Shown here piece by piece: positions 1 through 12,091 of a stretch of DNA of 64,000 nt; within the stretch, counting starts at the first letter, position 1; every line of letters starts with the position of its first letter. Made by a program: the position numbers and the translations under genes. The stretch covers positions 212,538,001-212,602,000 of the forward strand of contig NC_086097.1 in assembly GCF_963921235.1 (NCBI RefSeq), read 5' to 3'. A model generated the notes under the pieces. It was not told the DNA's origin and did no database searches. It saw only the letters and a list, made by a program, of their open reading frames with translations. The stretch comes from Mobula hypostoma (lineage: Eukaryota).

Positions 1-2582
1 GGACTGCTCAAAAGCAGTCCTGGTAAGCTCTGTGCCAGGTTTTGGTTTGTACAGTAGTACTTAAAATGACTTTTAATGTAACTCCCAAACAAAGAAATGA
101 AATTACACTCCATTGTGTATGAATGAACTTGTATCATCTGATTTCTCCAAAGTTAAAACAATTGTTATGTTTTCTATGACAACACAGATGGCTCAAATCA
201 ACCTACAAAGACCTGTTATTTCGCCCCTTGGGCTGCTACCTAATTGAGTAGACAGGATAAACTGTGAATTTATGCACAGGCAGTAAGACAATTGCTGAGC
301 ATGTTTGAGTATGGGCTGCTGCAGCTGAGCAAACACTGGACCTTGTTAGAGTTCAATTCAGCATTATATATTAAATATTTTCATATCATAGTATAGTGAA
401 TTATACATGGAGTTTAGCATTCTTCATATAATCTCATTTAATTTGGAGATGCCAAGGGTTTAAATCATATCGTTTTGATATCCAGGAAAATTTCAGTTTA
501 AAACTCATCTGCTTGGTTGTTGAAGGGTGAATCCCTGGTCCTGCGAGGAGAATTTTGTTCCTTAAAAAGTTGCAGATGGAAATTTAGAGAAATTATATTA
601 GGTCAGTGGCAAAGTCTGGCAATCCCATTTTGCATTATTTTTCAAATCAAAGGAATTTAAAAGGGTACCTGACTCTTGACCCTGGAGTGCCAACCCTATG
701 TGGCCATTACTACATTTGGATTTAATTTGTATTTATGTATGTCTACAATGACGATTCTTTCTTTTATTATGTGCTGTTAAGGACACCGATATTGAAAGAT
801 GCATACATTTAATGCAATTTGATTAATTTTTACTTTCATCATAAATTTCCTTTTCAAAAATTAAATTCATAACGTTGACAGCAAAGTCTAATGTGGAAGC
901 ACTTTTTAACCATGGGAGGCTGCAGATTCCAGTCTTGAGAAGATTTTATTCCCAGTCCTGTAACTTGGAATGTTTTATCATCACCCAATGATCTGGAGTT
1001 TAGTAAGATTCACACTAGATTAAATAGGCTAATTTTAGACACTTTCATCATGATATTGTAAATTGAATTTGAAACAAAAAAATTAATTTCTTTTCACGAC
1101 CACTTTGAATATACTTTGGGTTAAAGTAGTCTTTCATTTAAACAGTGAAATGTATCTTATGCAATATTGCTTTATGAGGTACCTAATATAATGTTCACAT
1201 TCCTCCAAACCAAACATAAACAAGCTCCTTAAACTGCATAATTTGAGTGATTTATTTTTTTTAAACAGCATGAGATCACCTTATTCAAGTCAGCTGGTAC
1301 TTCCTTTATTCATTGAAATGATATAAGTAACTACATTTTTCAGGCACAAATTTGAAAATAGCAGTATTTTATGCAACATAACACATATGATAAAAAATGG
1401 TGTAAATTTTCAAAACAGAAACAGCTGGTAGTAAACAAGTCATAAACTGAATGATATGCAATGATCTCTCCCAAAACAGAATTTGCATAGTTTACAGAAA
1501 GTAATATCACAGCTAGCATCATTAATCCATTATAGGCAAATACACGCCGCAGCAAATACAACAGTTCTGTGCCGGCAGTCAGCCATGCAAAATAGCAACT
1601 TATGTTTTTTTCATACGGGAAGAAACTATAATGAATTTCAATTTAAACAAGGTACGACTGACATCTTATATGTTTCTGCATTTGTATACAATTAGGAGAA
1701 ATTTATTGTAGAATTTCACCATTGCTTTAGGGCTGGTTTAAAATTTACTTTTACTTACTGAATGTAATGTTTGTATATTCAAATAACAATGTTCTATCGA
1801 TGGTTTTCTATTTTTCTCAATTACACAAAGTTTACAGAAACAACCATTAACAAAATTATAGTAGTCACCTTCATTAAAAATTGTAGTCTCCTGCCTGAGA
1901 TGTAAAACAAACAGTGTCTGGAAACATTTTAAAAAACTACTAAAAACTTGGGTTCCAAATATAAGCAATGGATATATTTTAGATGTGTTAAAATACATAG
2001 ATTAAGTAAATTTGGAATTCTATATGAATGCATGGTTATAAACAGAATAAGTATTTTTTAAAATGTAAAAGTGTCAGCACTTCACAATTGCAAATGAATC
2101 TGCCACATTCACAGAGTGAGTAATGAATGACATTAACCTGCCCACTTGCATTTTTCTCTGACATGACAGTACTGTTGTGGACGAAGCTCAGTTTCTGCTG
2201 CTTTAATAAAAGACCGTCCAGTTGTTCTGAAATAAGCTTCAGTGAGCTTGAATACATGAATAGTAATTCTTTTTATATGCAATCCCAAAGTGTTGGTGCC
2301 TTTTATTATGCTAAGATCTAAGTACCACATAGGGTGAAAAAAACATTTCTTTACAAAGAACGAGCATAAGTTGAAAGTCAGGCTGCAGTTATACGCCTGC
2401 TTTGGCACAGAAATTTCCAGCTGCATAATGACCTGAAAGTGGCAGGCTAGACTGGGTGTTCGATATTGATCAGATTAAAACTAAGTTGTCTGATAAACCT
2501 ATTAGAAAGGAATCTTACTTTGATTTAGGTTTTTACAGTTTACATTGTAACTTCAGCCCCACGTAAAACCACATTCTAAACA

Positions 2583-3700
2583 GAGAGTCATAAAGTGTGG
2601 CAACAGACCTCCAGCTCACATGTCTATACCATCAAGCAATCACCTCAGTCAATCCCATCTTTCCTCTTAGTCATAGTCATAGTCATAGTCATACTTTATT
2701 GATCCCGGGGGAAATTGGTTTTCGTTACAGTTGCACCATAAATAATAAATAGTGATAAAACCATAAATAGTTAAATAGTAATATGTAAATTATGCCAGGA
2801 TATAAGTCCAGGACCAGCCTATTGGCTCAGGGTGTCTGACCCTCCAAGGGAGGAGTTGTAAAGTTTGATGGCCACAGGCAGGAATGACTTCCTATGACGC
2901 TCTGTGTTGCATCTCGGTGGAATGAGTCTCTGGCTGAATGTACTCCTGTGCCCAACCAGTACATTATGTAGTGGATGGGAGACATTGTCCAAGATGGCAT
3001 GCAACTTGGACAGCATCCCCTTTTCAGACACCACCGTCAGAGAGTCCAGTTCCATCCCCACAACATCACTGGCCTTACGAATGAGTTTGTTGATTCTGTT
3101 GGTGTCTGCTACCCTCAGCCTGCTGCCCCAGCACACAACAGCAAACATGAAAGCACTGGCCACCACAGACTCATAGAACATCCTCAGCATCGTCCGGCAG
3201 ATGTTAAAGGACCTCAGTCTCCTCAGGAAATAGAGACGGCTCTGACCCTTCTTGTAGACGGCCTCAGTGTTCTTTGACCAGTCCAGTTTATTGTCAATTC
3301 GTATCCCCAGGTATTTGTAATCCTCCACCATGTCCACCCTGACCCCCTGGATGGAAACAGGGGTCACCGGTACCTTCGTTCTCCTCAGGTCTACCACCAG
3401 CTCCTTAGTCTTTTTCACATTAAGCTGCAGATAATTCTGCTCACACCGTTTGAGAAAGTTTCCTACTGTAGCCCTGTACTCAGCCTCATCTCCCTTGCTG
3501 ATTGTGTTTCCACCAAATTTCCTTCTTCATCCCCTTCAATTCTACCATTCATACCTACATAATTTACAGCAGCTGTACAACCACCAACCAGCAGGAGAGA
3601 AGACCATCACGTGGTTGCAGAGAGAACATGAAAACTCCACAAATAACCACCCAAGATCATGATCAAATGGAACTCTGGAGCTGTCAAGCAGCTGCAATAA
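2583..3700 (-). mobile_element. Degraded V-SINE-like element split by a Rex1/Babar insertion (pieces ~2583-2667 and ~3503-3700)
   Basis: GAGAGAACATGAAAACTCCACA near 3620-3640 resembles the reverse complement of the SINE central domain also seen at 22730-22790 and 26750-26795; CR1-like tail at 2583-2667. Confidence 0.5.
2668..3502 (-). mobile_element. 5'-truncated Rex1/Babar-type non-LTR retrotransposon (RT C-terminus + 3' UTR)
   Basis: ORF 2819..3418 KTKELVVDLRR...YKYLG...LDWSKN...RLYFLRRLRSF...SFLPVAIKLYN; AATAAA then (ATGACT)n tail (TAGTCA repeats at 2668-2692 on +). Confidence 0.9.
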
Positions 3701-5893
3701 GCCCTAAGTATGGCCTAGCAGACTAGTAGTCCAGCTAGGCATTTGACAGAATGATTTTAATATTATTATGCATGTAAGTGACCTAACTATGACCTGGAGG
3801 ATGTGAAGCTCAAAGCATAACACTACACCAATTGCAATACAAAATGCCACAACATCACTGCACTCCTCCACAACTTCTACTTTGAAATTTGTTTCAGAAT
3901 AGTAGAAGTGAGATATGGGCTTCCTCAGCAAAAGTTTCATTTAAAAAAAACATATAGATTTTGAGGCAGCTCTGAGTAGTTACTAAGAATGCTTAATGAA
4001 GGAACATTTCAATGATCAGTCGCAATCATTAGTTGTTTTTTCCACTCTGGAGAGGCCAACACAATCAACTGGTTAGGCCGGTAGACAATGTGCAATTGAA
4101 CTGTTGATGTAGATAGCCTTGTATTAGGCTATTAATCCTAGAAGGCAATCTTGCTAGAATCTAAACAAATATTGTGCTGTAACATTGACTCATGCCTAAA
4201 GGGCAATAAAGCCAGCTTTTGAAACTGAGAAAACCTAATATTGATTCTGTCTATAATAAGAAAAATCCACTTTTTAACATTCTACAGTTTCAAGACATAA
4301 AGATTAATTATGACACTTTAATGACTCTGACTGTAATTGTCTGATTTGCGTACAATACTACAGAAGTTTAAGTATTTTTTTAAAATGTTGAGTCATTAAC
4401 ACAATTACATGCCAATTGATTGGTTTTCCAGTATTCATATCTATAAATTATTGTGGACAAATTTAAAAAATAAATTACAGTGAAATTAAAATACAATAGT
4501 TTTATTTCATTGATAAAGTTACCCTGAAACATCTAATTGAATCACTACCTAACATGCCAGCATGTTTTCAGATACTGATGGATTTATGTACTTCCCAAAT
4601 TTTCTATTTATATTGCTTTTTATGGTTTCTTCTTTATATCAGCATACTGATAGAAAAGTAGTGAAAAAGAAGAATGCATGAACATTTAATCTAAAAATGA
4701 CATATAGAGATTCCCTTCCCCATTAAAAACAAATACATGCACAAACAGTTTTAAAATGTAAGATTATGTGCCATAAAAACTACGAAAAATAAAGATCTAC
4801 ATTTAATGCTTCACAATTCTTCTGAACAGGAGTATACAGAGATTATTTCTAATACTAGAAATAGTTGGAAGCTAAAAAATGGAAAAGGGTAGCTCATCCT
4901 TCATGCACCAAGGGATGAAAATTTCTCTCCATTTAAATGGTAAGCACAGAAAGATGCCGTCTAACAGCTAATAATTAATTCCTTGTTCATCGACATTAAT
5001 CATTGACTATTTAGCATAATAGAATGCAGACAAAAAGGACAACTCTAGCAATATCTATTTTGCAAACGGACCTCTGATATCCAAACACAAACTAATTTAT
5101 TCTCATAAGTACGTAAAGAAATAAATATCAGGAGAAGCTCAGAAATTGACCAAGAGATTAACAGAGAGATGTGTAGCAGGAAAGGGTAATGTTTGCGGGG
5201 TCGGGGTGTGTGATGGTGGTCAGGCAGGTTTTCAATCACCAAACCCATAAATCTGGGTTTTAATGTCACAACAGGTGTCCTTTGCCCCAAGCAGCTTTCC
5301 TGCCTGTTTGTCAGCCTGAATGGTGAGTTGGCTTCCACATGTGCAGGGAACAGGCCACAAGATCAAGTTCAAGAGAGAAAGCAGATGGGCTTGTGGTTTG
5401 ACATAGGGTAAGTTTCCCTGCTTTCCCTAGCCTATAGACAGTGATGCAAGGCAACTATTTTCTCTGCAAAGCTTTCCTCACCTGTGCTTAGACCTGAAGT
5501 AAAACCTGAACAGAAATCATAAGAGTTTAAAGCCGTACTAACATTTAAAATATGAGACTGCTTGGTGGAAATGGGTTGGCTATCTGCCACTTTACCCATA
5601 TTAAAATTTTCACCAGTGTCTTCAGTAGAAAATTTGAACTGTGGATTAGGTTTGATACAACATATTCAATGCTGGCTTGGAAGTCAGTTATCACCAATGG
5701 CATTCTTCAAGATTTTCTAACTAGTAATATTTTCAAATGAAGGTTATGGGATATAGCAATTTAAAATTAACCAACCCCTTTCTATTTCTGTTTGGTTATG
5801 TGAACATGCACATAAGAGTTTTTTTCCTACCTCAGAGGGCAGGCAAAGTAGCTGCTGTAGTAACAGGATTCATCCTGCTGAAACTCATACATA

Positions 5894-5960
5894 CAGTACT
5901 GTGCAAAAGTCTTAGGCACATATATATAGCAAGGGTACCTAAAACCTTTGCACAGTACTG
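5894..5960. mobile_element. Tc1/mariner-type mini-MITE (67-bp hairpin)
   Basis: TIRs CAGTACTGTGCAAAAGTCTTAGGCAC / GTACCTAAAACCTTTGCACAGTACTG, flanked by TA on both sides. Confidence 0.8.
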
Positions 5961-6269
5961 TATTAATCGTTTGTATTGCACTGTATTGTGGCAAAAAAAC
6001 AAATTTCATGACATATGTGAGTGATTAGAAACCTGATTCTGATATGGGTCTCTACAGTGGACTGAGAGTGGGAAGGGGGCAGGCAGAGGGGAATCATGGA
6101 TGAGAAAAGGAAAGGGAGAGGGTTGGGAGCGGGAAGCAGCTGAAAGACATTCTGTAATGATCAACAAACCAATTGTTTGGAATCCAATGAGCTTGCCTGG
6201 TGTCTCAGGGCTGGGTATGTCTGCACCTGCACAACTTCCCAGCCCTGACACTCCTTCTCTGCCACCTGC

Positions 6270-7080
6270 CAGCTTAATGTGAAAAAGACTGAGGAGCTGT
6301 TGGTAGACCTGAGGAGAGCTAAGGTACTGGTGACCCCTGTTTCCATCCAGGGGGTCAGTGTGGACATGGTGGAGGATTACAAATACCTGGGGATACGAAT
6401 TGACGATAAACTGGACTGGTCTAAGAACACTGAGGCTGTCTACAAGAAGGGTCAGAGCTGTCTCTATTTCCTGAGGAGACTGAGGTCCTTTAACATCTGC
6501 CGGACGATGCTGAGGATGTTCTACGAGTCTGTGGTGTCCAGTGCTATCATGTTTGCTGTTGTGTGCTGGGGCAGCAGGCTGAGGGTAGCAGACACCAACA
6601 GAATCAACAAACTCATTCGTAAGGCCAGTGATGTTGGACTGGACTCTCCCACGGTGGTGTCTGAAAAGAGGATGTTGTCTAAGTTGCATGCCATCTTGGT
6701 CAATGTCTCCCATCCACTACATAATGTACTGGGTGGGCACAGGAGTACATTCAGCCAGAGACTCATTCCTCTGAGATGCAGCACAGAGCGTCATAGGGAG
6801 TCATTCCTGCCTGTGGCCATCAAACTTCACAACTCCTCCCTTGGAGAGTCAGACACCCTGAGCCGATAGGCTGGTCCTGGACGTATTTCATAATTTACTG
6901 GCATAATTTACATATTACTATTTAACTATGTATTACTATTTTTCTATTACTAGTTATTATTTCCATGACTATTACTATTTACTAATAGTAGTATTACTAT
7001 TACTATTTATTATTTATGGTGCAACTGTAACGAAAACAAATTTCCCCCGGGATCAATAAAGTATGACTATGACTATGACT
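6270..7080 (+). mobile_element. 5'-truncated Rex1/Babar-type element, same subfamily as 2668-3502
   Basis: ORF 6279..6869 is nearly identical to 2819..3418; ends AATAAAGT(ATGACT)3; AT-rich expansion in the 3' UTR. Confidence 0.9.
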
Positions 7081-7363
7081 GTCCCACACCCCTCCAGCAG
7101 CACTCCACCCTCACCATTCCCGCCAGATTGACAAACTCAGTCTCTGCTCAATGTTAACCAATACAGTACTGTGCATCATCTATACTAGAGAATGAGAAGC
7201 CAAATAACACTTTGAATACATCCTACAGGCACAAAGAAATGTTCCTTTGCCTTCTTATTTGAATAGAGTAATAGAGACTTTTGGAGATTATTAACCATAA
7301 TCTATTGTTCTTGAGTGTGCTTATCTTTGCCGCAAAGATAACAAGTTGGTAACTATTCTGTGA

Positions 7364-7462
7364 ACAACACACATCAAAGTTGCTGGTGAACGCAGCAGGC
7401 CAGGCAGCATCTCTAGGAAGAGGTACAGTCGACGTTTCAGGCCGAGACCCTTCGTCAGGACT
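7364..7462 (-). mobile_element. Short Penelope pLTR-derived insertion with 12-bp TSD
   Basis: Near-identical to 20101-20198; flanked by direct repeat ACTATTCTGTGA at 7352-7363 and 7460-7471. Confidence 0.85.
7427..7462 (-). ncRNA. Minimal type I hammerhead ribozyme motif
   Basis: Minus strand AGTC-CTGACGA-AGG-GTCTCGG-CCT-GAAA-CGTC-GACT: stem I AGTC/GACT, CUGANGA and GAAA cores, stem II AGG/CCT, GUC cleavage triplet. Confidence 0.8.
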
Positions 7463-7689
7463 ATTCTGTGAGATCAGTTTGAAAGACAATGCTCCACAGA
7501 TCCAAACTGTCTGATTGCATTCAACAAGTTGGTGAAGATAGTACTCTTCAAAGAATAAACCTATTGATGATGGAGTCTGCTGACACTACCATACCTCAGT
7601 TCTCACCGGCTCATGCAGATAGTACAGAGTTTAAGATGTTATCATTACAACTCTTGCTTCTAATTGACCGATATTAGGTTGCTGCATTA

Positions 7690-7770
7690 GGCCCAGATGA
7701 AGGGTATCAACCCAAAATGTTGACTCGCCAATTTCCTTCACAGATGCTTGCTGATCCATTGAGTTCATCT
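7690..7770 (+). mobile_element. Degenerate Penelope pLTR/hammerhead remnant
   Basis: CAGATGAAGGGTATCAACCCAAAATGTTGACT...CAGATGCT...GAGTTC aligns by eye to the 20101-20180 motif with core mutations. Confidence 0.55.
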
Positions 7771-7857
7771 AACACAGTGTAGCAGCTCGTTTTTTGCTCC
7801 ATATTCTGGCACCAGCGCGCTTATCAGATCTTTTCTTGATTCAAGAGACCCCATACA

Positions 7858-9470
7858 GTTCAAAATTTAAGATTGTTCAATGTTATTTCCAGTACACAAG
7901 TGTAAAGGAGAACAGAATAATTGTTACTCCAGATCTGATAAAGCATATAAAATCATGCTAAGATAAAGAACACAATAATTAAAAAAACACACAATAAATA
8001 TAAATACACAAGGTAGCTAAATACAAATCCATGGATTGATTATACACACATAAAGTGACGCTAGATACAGGAGTGTCTGTTCATAAAGTGACTGACATTA
8101 AACAATAATGTTGTGGTGGTGAGGGGGTGTGGTGGGCCGGGTTAGTGAGTGGGGGTGTTGATCAGCCTTATTGCTTGGGGAAAGTAATTGTTTTTGAGTC
8201 TGATGGCCCTGATGTGGATACTGTGTAACTCCTTCCCTGATGAGAATGGGACAAACAGTCCATGAGTATGGTGGATGGGATTCTTCATAATTTTGCTGGT
8301 CTTTTTCAGGCATCTTTCTGTATATACAGTCGGCCCTCCTTATCTGCGGATTCTGCATGCACGGATTCAACCAACCACAGATCGGGAAAACCCAGAAGTT
8401 CTCTCTCCAGCGCTTGTTGTTTGAGCATGTACAAACTTATTTTTCTTGTCATTATTCCCTAAACAATACAGTATAACAACTAGTTACATAGCATTTACTT
8501 TGTATTAGGTATTATAAGTAAGTCGAAACAGGTACATCCAGTATTATTTAGCGCCAGTTAGTCAAACATTTGTCTTAGTATATTGTATATACTTTACCTT
8601 TCTATGCATATAAAACACTTAAGAAATGTATGTATTTCAATAATTAAACCACTGCATTGCTTAGTAATAATTGTAGCTTTCATCGGGGCAGGGCCTTTCA
8701 CATGCTCCATTATTTTCACTTTATCCTTTAAAATTGTTCTGATCATTGACCGACTGCAGCCTAACACTTTTCCAATGACCGAAGGCATTCCACCTCTTTC
8801 CAATCGCTTTATTATTTCCACTTTATTTTCAATTGTGATCGTTTTCCGTCAACGGAACAGAAACACTGTGGATTCAGCAGCAGCCACGGGCGGCAGGTTG
8901 TGAGCTCTGCCGGGTCCTAAAGTCCACCGCACTGGGACAGGTTAAATAAGGTCCGGAGCTCCGCTGGGTCCTGAAGTCCACCGCACTGAGACAGGTTAAA
9001 TAAGGGACTTGAGCATCCGCGTTTTTTGGTATCTGCAGGGGGTCCTGGAACCAATCCTCTGTGGATAAGGAGGGCCGACTGTATATTTTTGATGGGAGGT
9101 AGGCTGATGCCAATTTTGACTACCTGCCGTAAAGCCTTCCTTTCCACCGCAGAGCAGTTTCCCTATCATGCAGTGATGCAGCATGTGAGGATGCTCTCTA
9201 CTGTGCATCTGTCGAAGGTCGTGAGTATTAATGTGCATAGTCAAGCTCTCTTCAGCCTCCTCTGAAAGTAGAGGCATTGGTGAGCTTTCTTGATTGTGTA
9301 AAATGTGTTCTGGGATCATGAAAGGTTGTGGGAGATGTGCAGGAGTTTGAAACTGCTTGCAGTTGTAAAGAGGGGTGTGAGTGATGTGAATTCTCCTTAG
9401 TCTTGTTGACTTTCAGAAAAAGGTCCCTTGCCTGGCACCAGGCTTCGAGCTTTGCACCTCCTCTCCAAAG
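7858..9470 (-). mobile_element. Degraded Rex1/Babar 3' fragment interrupted by a Tigger-like element
   Basis: Minus-strand peptide remnants (WCQARDLFLKVNKTKE; HPYSWTVCPIL...) on both sides of 8327-9081. Confidence 0.6.
8327..9081 (-). mobile_element. Non-autonomous Tigger/pogo (MER2-like) DNA transposon
   Basis: TIRs CAGTCGGCCCTCCTTATC / GATAAGGAGGGCCGACTG with TA flanks; ORF 8594..8821 (EIIKRLERG...IGKVLGCSRSMIRTILKDK) resembles the CENP-B-type N-terminal HTH of Tigger transposases; internal ~54-bp duplication at ~8910-9007. Confidence 0.9.
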
Positions 9471-9729
9471 GCCAACTGATTGTGCTCTGAGCAAAGGCAT
9501 GCTCTCAAAGGCAAGGTCTCAGTGGCAGTACCCTGAATCTTGTAAGTCATAATTTACCATTTGATACACCTCACCTTACGTGTGGAAGGAGGAACATAAA
9601 CATTCCTGCATGTGCTAATAGCATAATGCCACAAAATTTGATGATCAACTTCTCACTTTAATTAAATATCATGAAAGCAGAATATTCTCTATCTGAGGCT
9701 TGGATACAATATTCACCCGTATTTCCAGA

Positions 9730-10010
9730 TTTCCTCAAGGCCATGTCCCTCCCTTGTCATTGTAATCTCCTCTGACTGTCCATATATTGGAGATGTCTGC
9801 ACTTCTGTTTACTTGAGAATCCACAATTATGATGATTCCACCAATGATCACAGTGCCTTCAGCCGACAATTGGAAGTTCTAACGTTGGAAATTTCCTCCA
9901 AATTCCTTAGCCTCTGTGTTGGTAAGGCTAATGGTTATCTTTGCCATTATCACCTCATTGTGAAATCCTATTAGAAAAGACTTTTAAAATATACCTTGGC
10001 ATATTTTACA
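9730..10010 (+). mobile_element. Old L2-like LINE 3' remnant
   Basis: CAGTGCCTTCAGCC...TTGGAAATTTCCTCC...CCTTAGCCTCT resembles the RAFS...LWNSLP end of L2 ORF2. Confidence 0.4.
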
Positions 10011-11301
10011 ATGTTCTTTCAAACCCTGTCTCTTTCTTCTTATTTGTGACCATTGACACTGATGTTGAAATTTATTAGCATTACACAGATAAGTGAATGA
10101 ACACTACTCTCTCTATTTGAGGTACTTATCATCTGAAAAAAGGAGATGATTTGGACTCTTTCCTAGTTGATACGAAATTGGGATTGCACCTACCTCTTGC
10201 TTTACTAAAGTAGGTCCCCACAAAAAAAAACATATAATTAGTTAAAAGCAACAAACCGTATACTGGAAAAAAAAATCATTGGATTGAGCAACATCTATGG
10301 GTAGGGGTGGAGGGTAAGGAATTGTCTGCGTTTCAGGTAGCAAATGGTGTTTTCATGGCTGAAAAGACGGGCTAAAATGTGATCTCCATGTTTCTAAATG
10401 GAACAATACTAAATTCAGGCACACACAAATCATAAATCACACAAAGTATTACGTGATCCCTACCCCCACCTCTTCTGCAGAACTCATACCCCTCACTACA
10501 ACATTCACTCTATACTCCCATCACCCACGCTCCGCTGATCTGGCCTCCAGCCACTGGGTTCCTGGACCAGTTGCAGCACTGAACTGGCTCCATTTCTGTG
10601 TATTCATTTTTTTATTGTTTGCACAATTTGTTCTTTTTATTCTGCACGTTGAATATTTGATGAACTTTGTTTTTTAATGGGTCCTTTTGTGATTCTTTGT
10701 TTTGTGGCAGTCTGCAAGAAGACAAATCTCAAGGTTGTATATAGTATGCATACTTTGTACCTTTGTACTTTTTTGCTATATCACCACAAAGATGTTTTGG
10801 GCATAGGCTGTAATTGCAAAAATTTTATATTTTGTCATTGTACAACATGAGAAAAGCCTGACAGGAATACCAGGAAACAGAACAGAGGGAAGGAGGGAAG
10901 TGATGAGGAAGAGGGGAAGCAAATCGTGATGATGATGTTGACACACCATTTCAGAGGATGAGGACAACAAGGGGTGAGCAGATTAAGTTACAGGAACATG
11001 TGTGACAGGGAGATACATTAGGCAAAGTGAGGCAAGGCAAGAGTTGCAGGAAATCTGGGGCAGCTGCTTGCAAGAAGGAGGGGACACACACTTGTCCTGG
11101 CCCAACAGACTCAGATGATGGCCACAGTTATGATGCTTTCATGACAAGGCTTATATGGCTGCACAACAAAATGCTTAGCTCATTGCAGGCCTGTCTAGCT
11201 CCATGTAGATGAAATATGGGGGGTGGAGGGCTCTCTCACTCAGCTCACACAGGAGGGTTTGTGGAGGCAGACATAATCTCCACACTTTGTATTTTCTTAT
11301 T

Positions 11302-12091
11302 CAGTAGATTCTGGTCAACTCGACCATCCGTTAATCAGGGCAGCTACATAATTACGACAAGTCTTAAATAACAAAAAATAATCAAGAAAATGGTCGTGAT
11401 TCGCTTCATTTATTTGGGACACCATGTCGCTTAATTGGAACAGAGACTGTTGCTTAAGTGTCAATCGTGTGCACTTGTGTGGCCGTTAGCTACTACACTG
11501 TGCCTAGAGTGAACCATTTTTAAATAAGATCAGTTCTGTGTGTTTGTGTTCAAAAAGCAGTGATTTTTATCACTGATAGTTGGCGGGAAATACACTGTAC
11601 GACAATTCAGAACAGTTTTGCTCACTGTAGTTTCAAGCATTCAAGCTTGGAGATGCCAGAAATGGCCAGGAGTGAAAATGAAATGATGTCACTACTTCAA
11701 CAAGTTAGGAACTATGAATTTGAAGGTATCAACAAACATCTTGAATGTTATGACGAAAATGAAGATTTGGAGGAGGCAATCATTGAAAGCATTGTATGAA
11801 GGATAACCTTTAACTGCACTATTCATTTACAGTCAATCTAAAGAACATGACACTGTACATACTGGATGAATTCTGTCGTTGGTAACTACTAGGAACTACA
11901 GTTTTATAGTTCTGTAGTAGTGTTGTTAGCATTCTAATGTGTTCTGTATTTAATTTAGATACATAACCTGTTACTCAGTTTTTTTTATACCTTTTTAACT
12001 ATTTCCATGAAACTTCCGCTAATTAGGGCAGCCGCTTAATTGGGCCAAAACGTATTGATCTTGATGTGTCCCAGTTAATCAGAATGCACTG
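11302..12091 (+). mobile_element. Non-autonomous pogo/Tigger-family DNA transposon
   Basis: Imperfect TIRs CAGTAGATTCTGGTCAA / TTAATCAGAATGCACTG followed by TA; ORF 11560..11799 (DSWREIHCTTIQNSFAHCSF then acidic tail) matches the W..V...TI.NCF...GF C-terminus of TIGD-type transposases. Confidence 0.75.

Noticed and set aside
7321..7341. Perfect 10-bp hairpin TTATCTTTGC-C-GCAAAGATAA beside the ribozyme insertion; similar short inverted repeat at 55888-55940
   Set aside because: Short isolated palindromes with no TSD or second copy; could be chance
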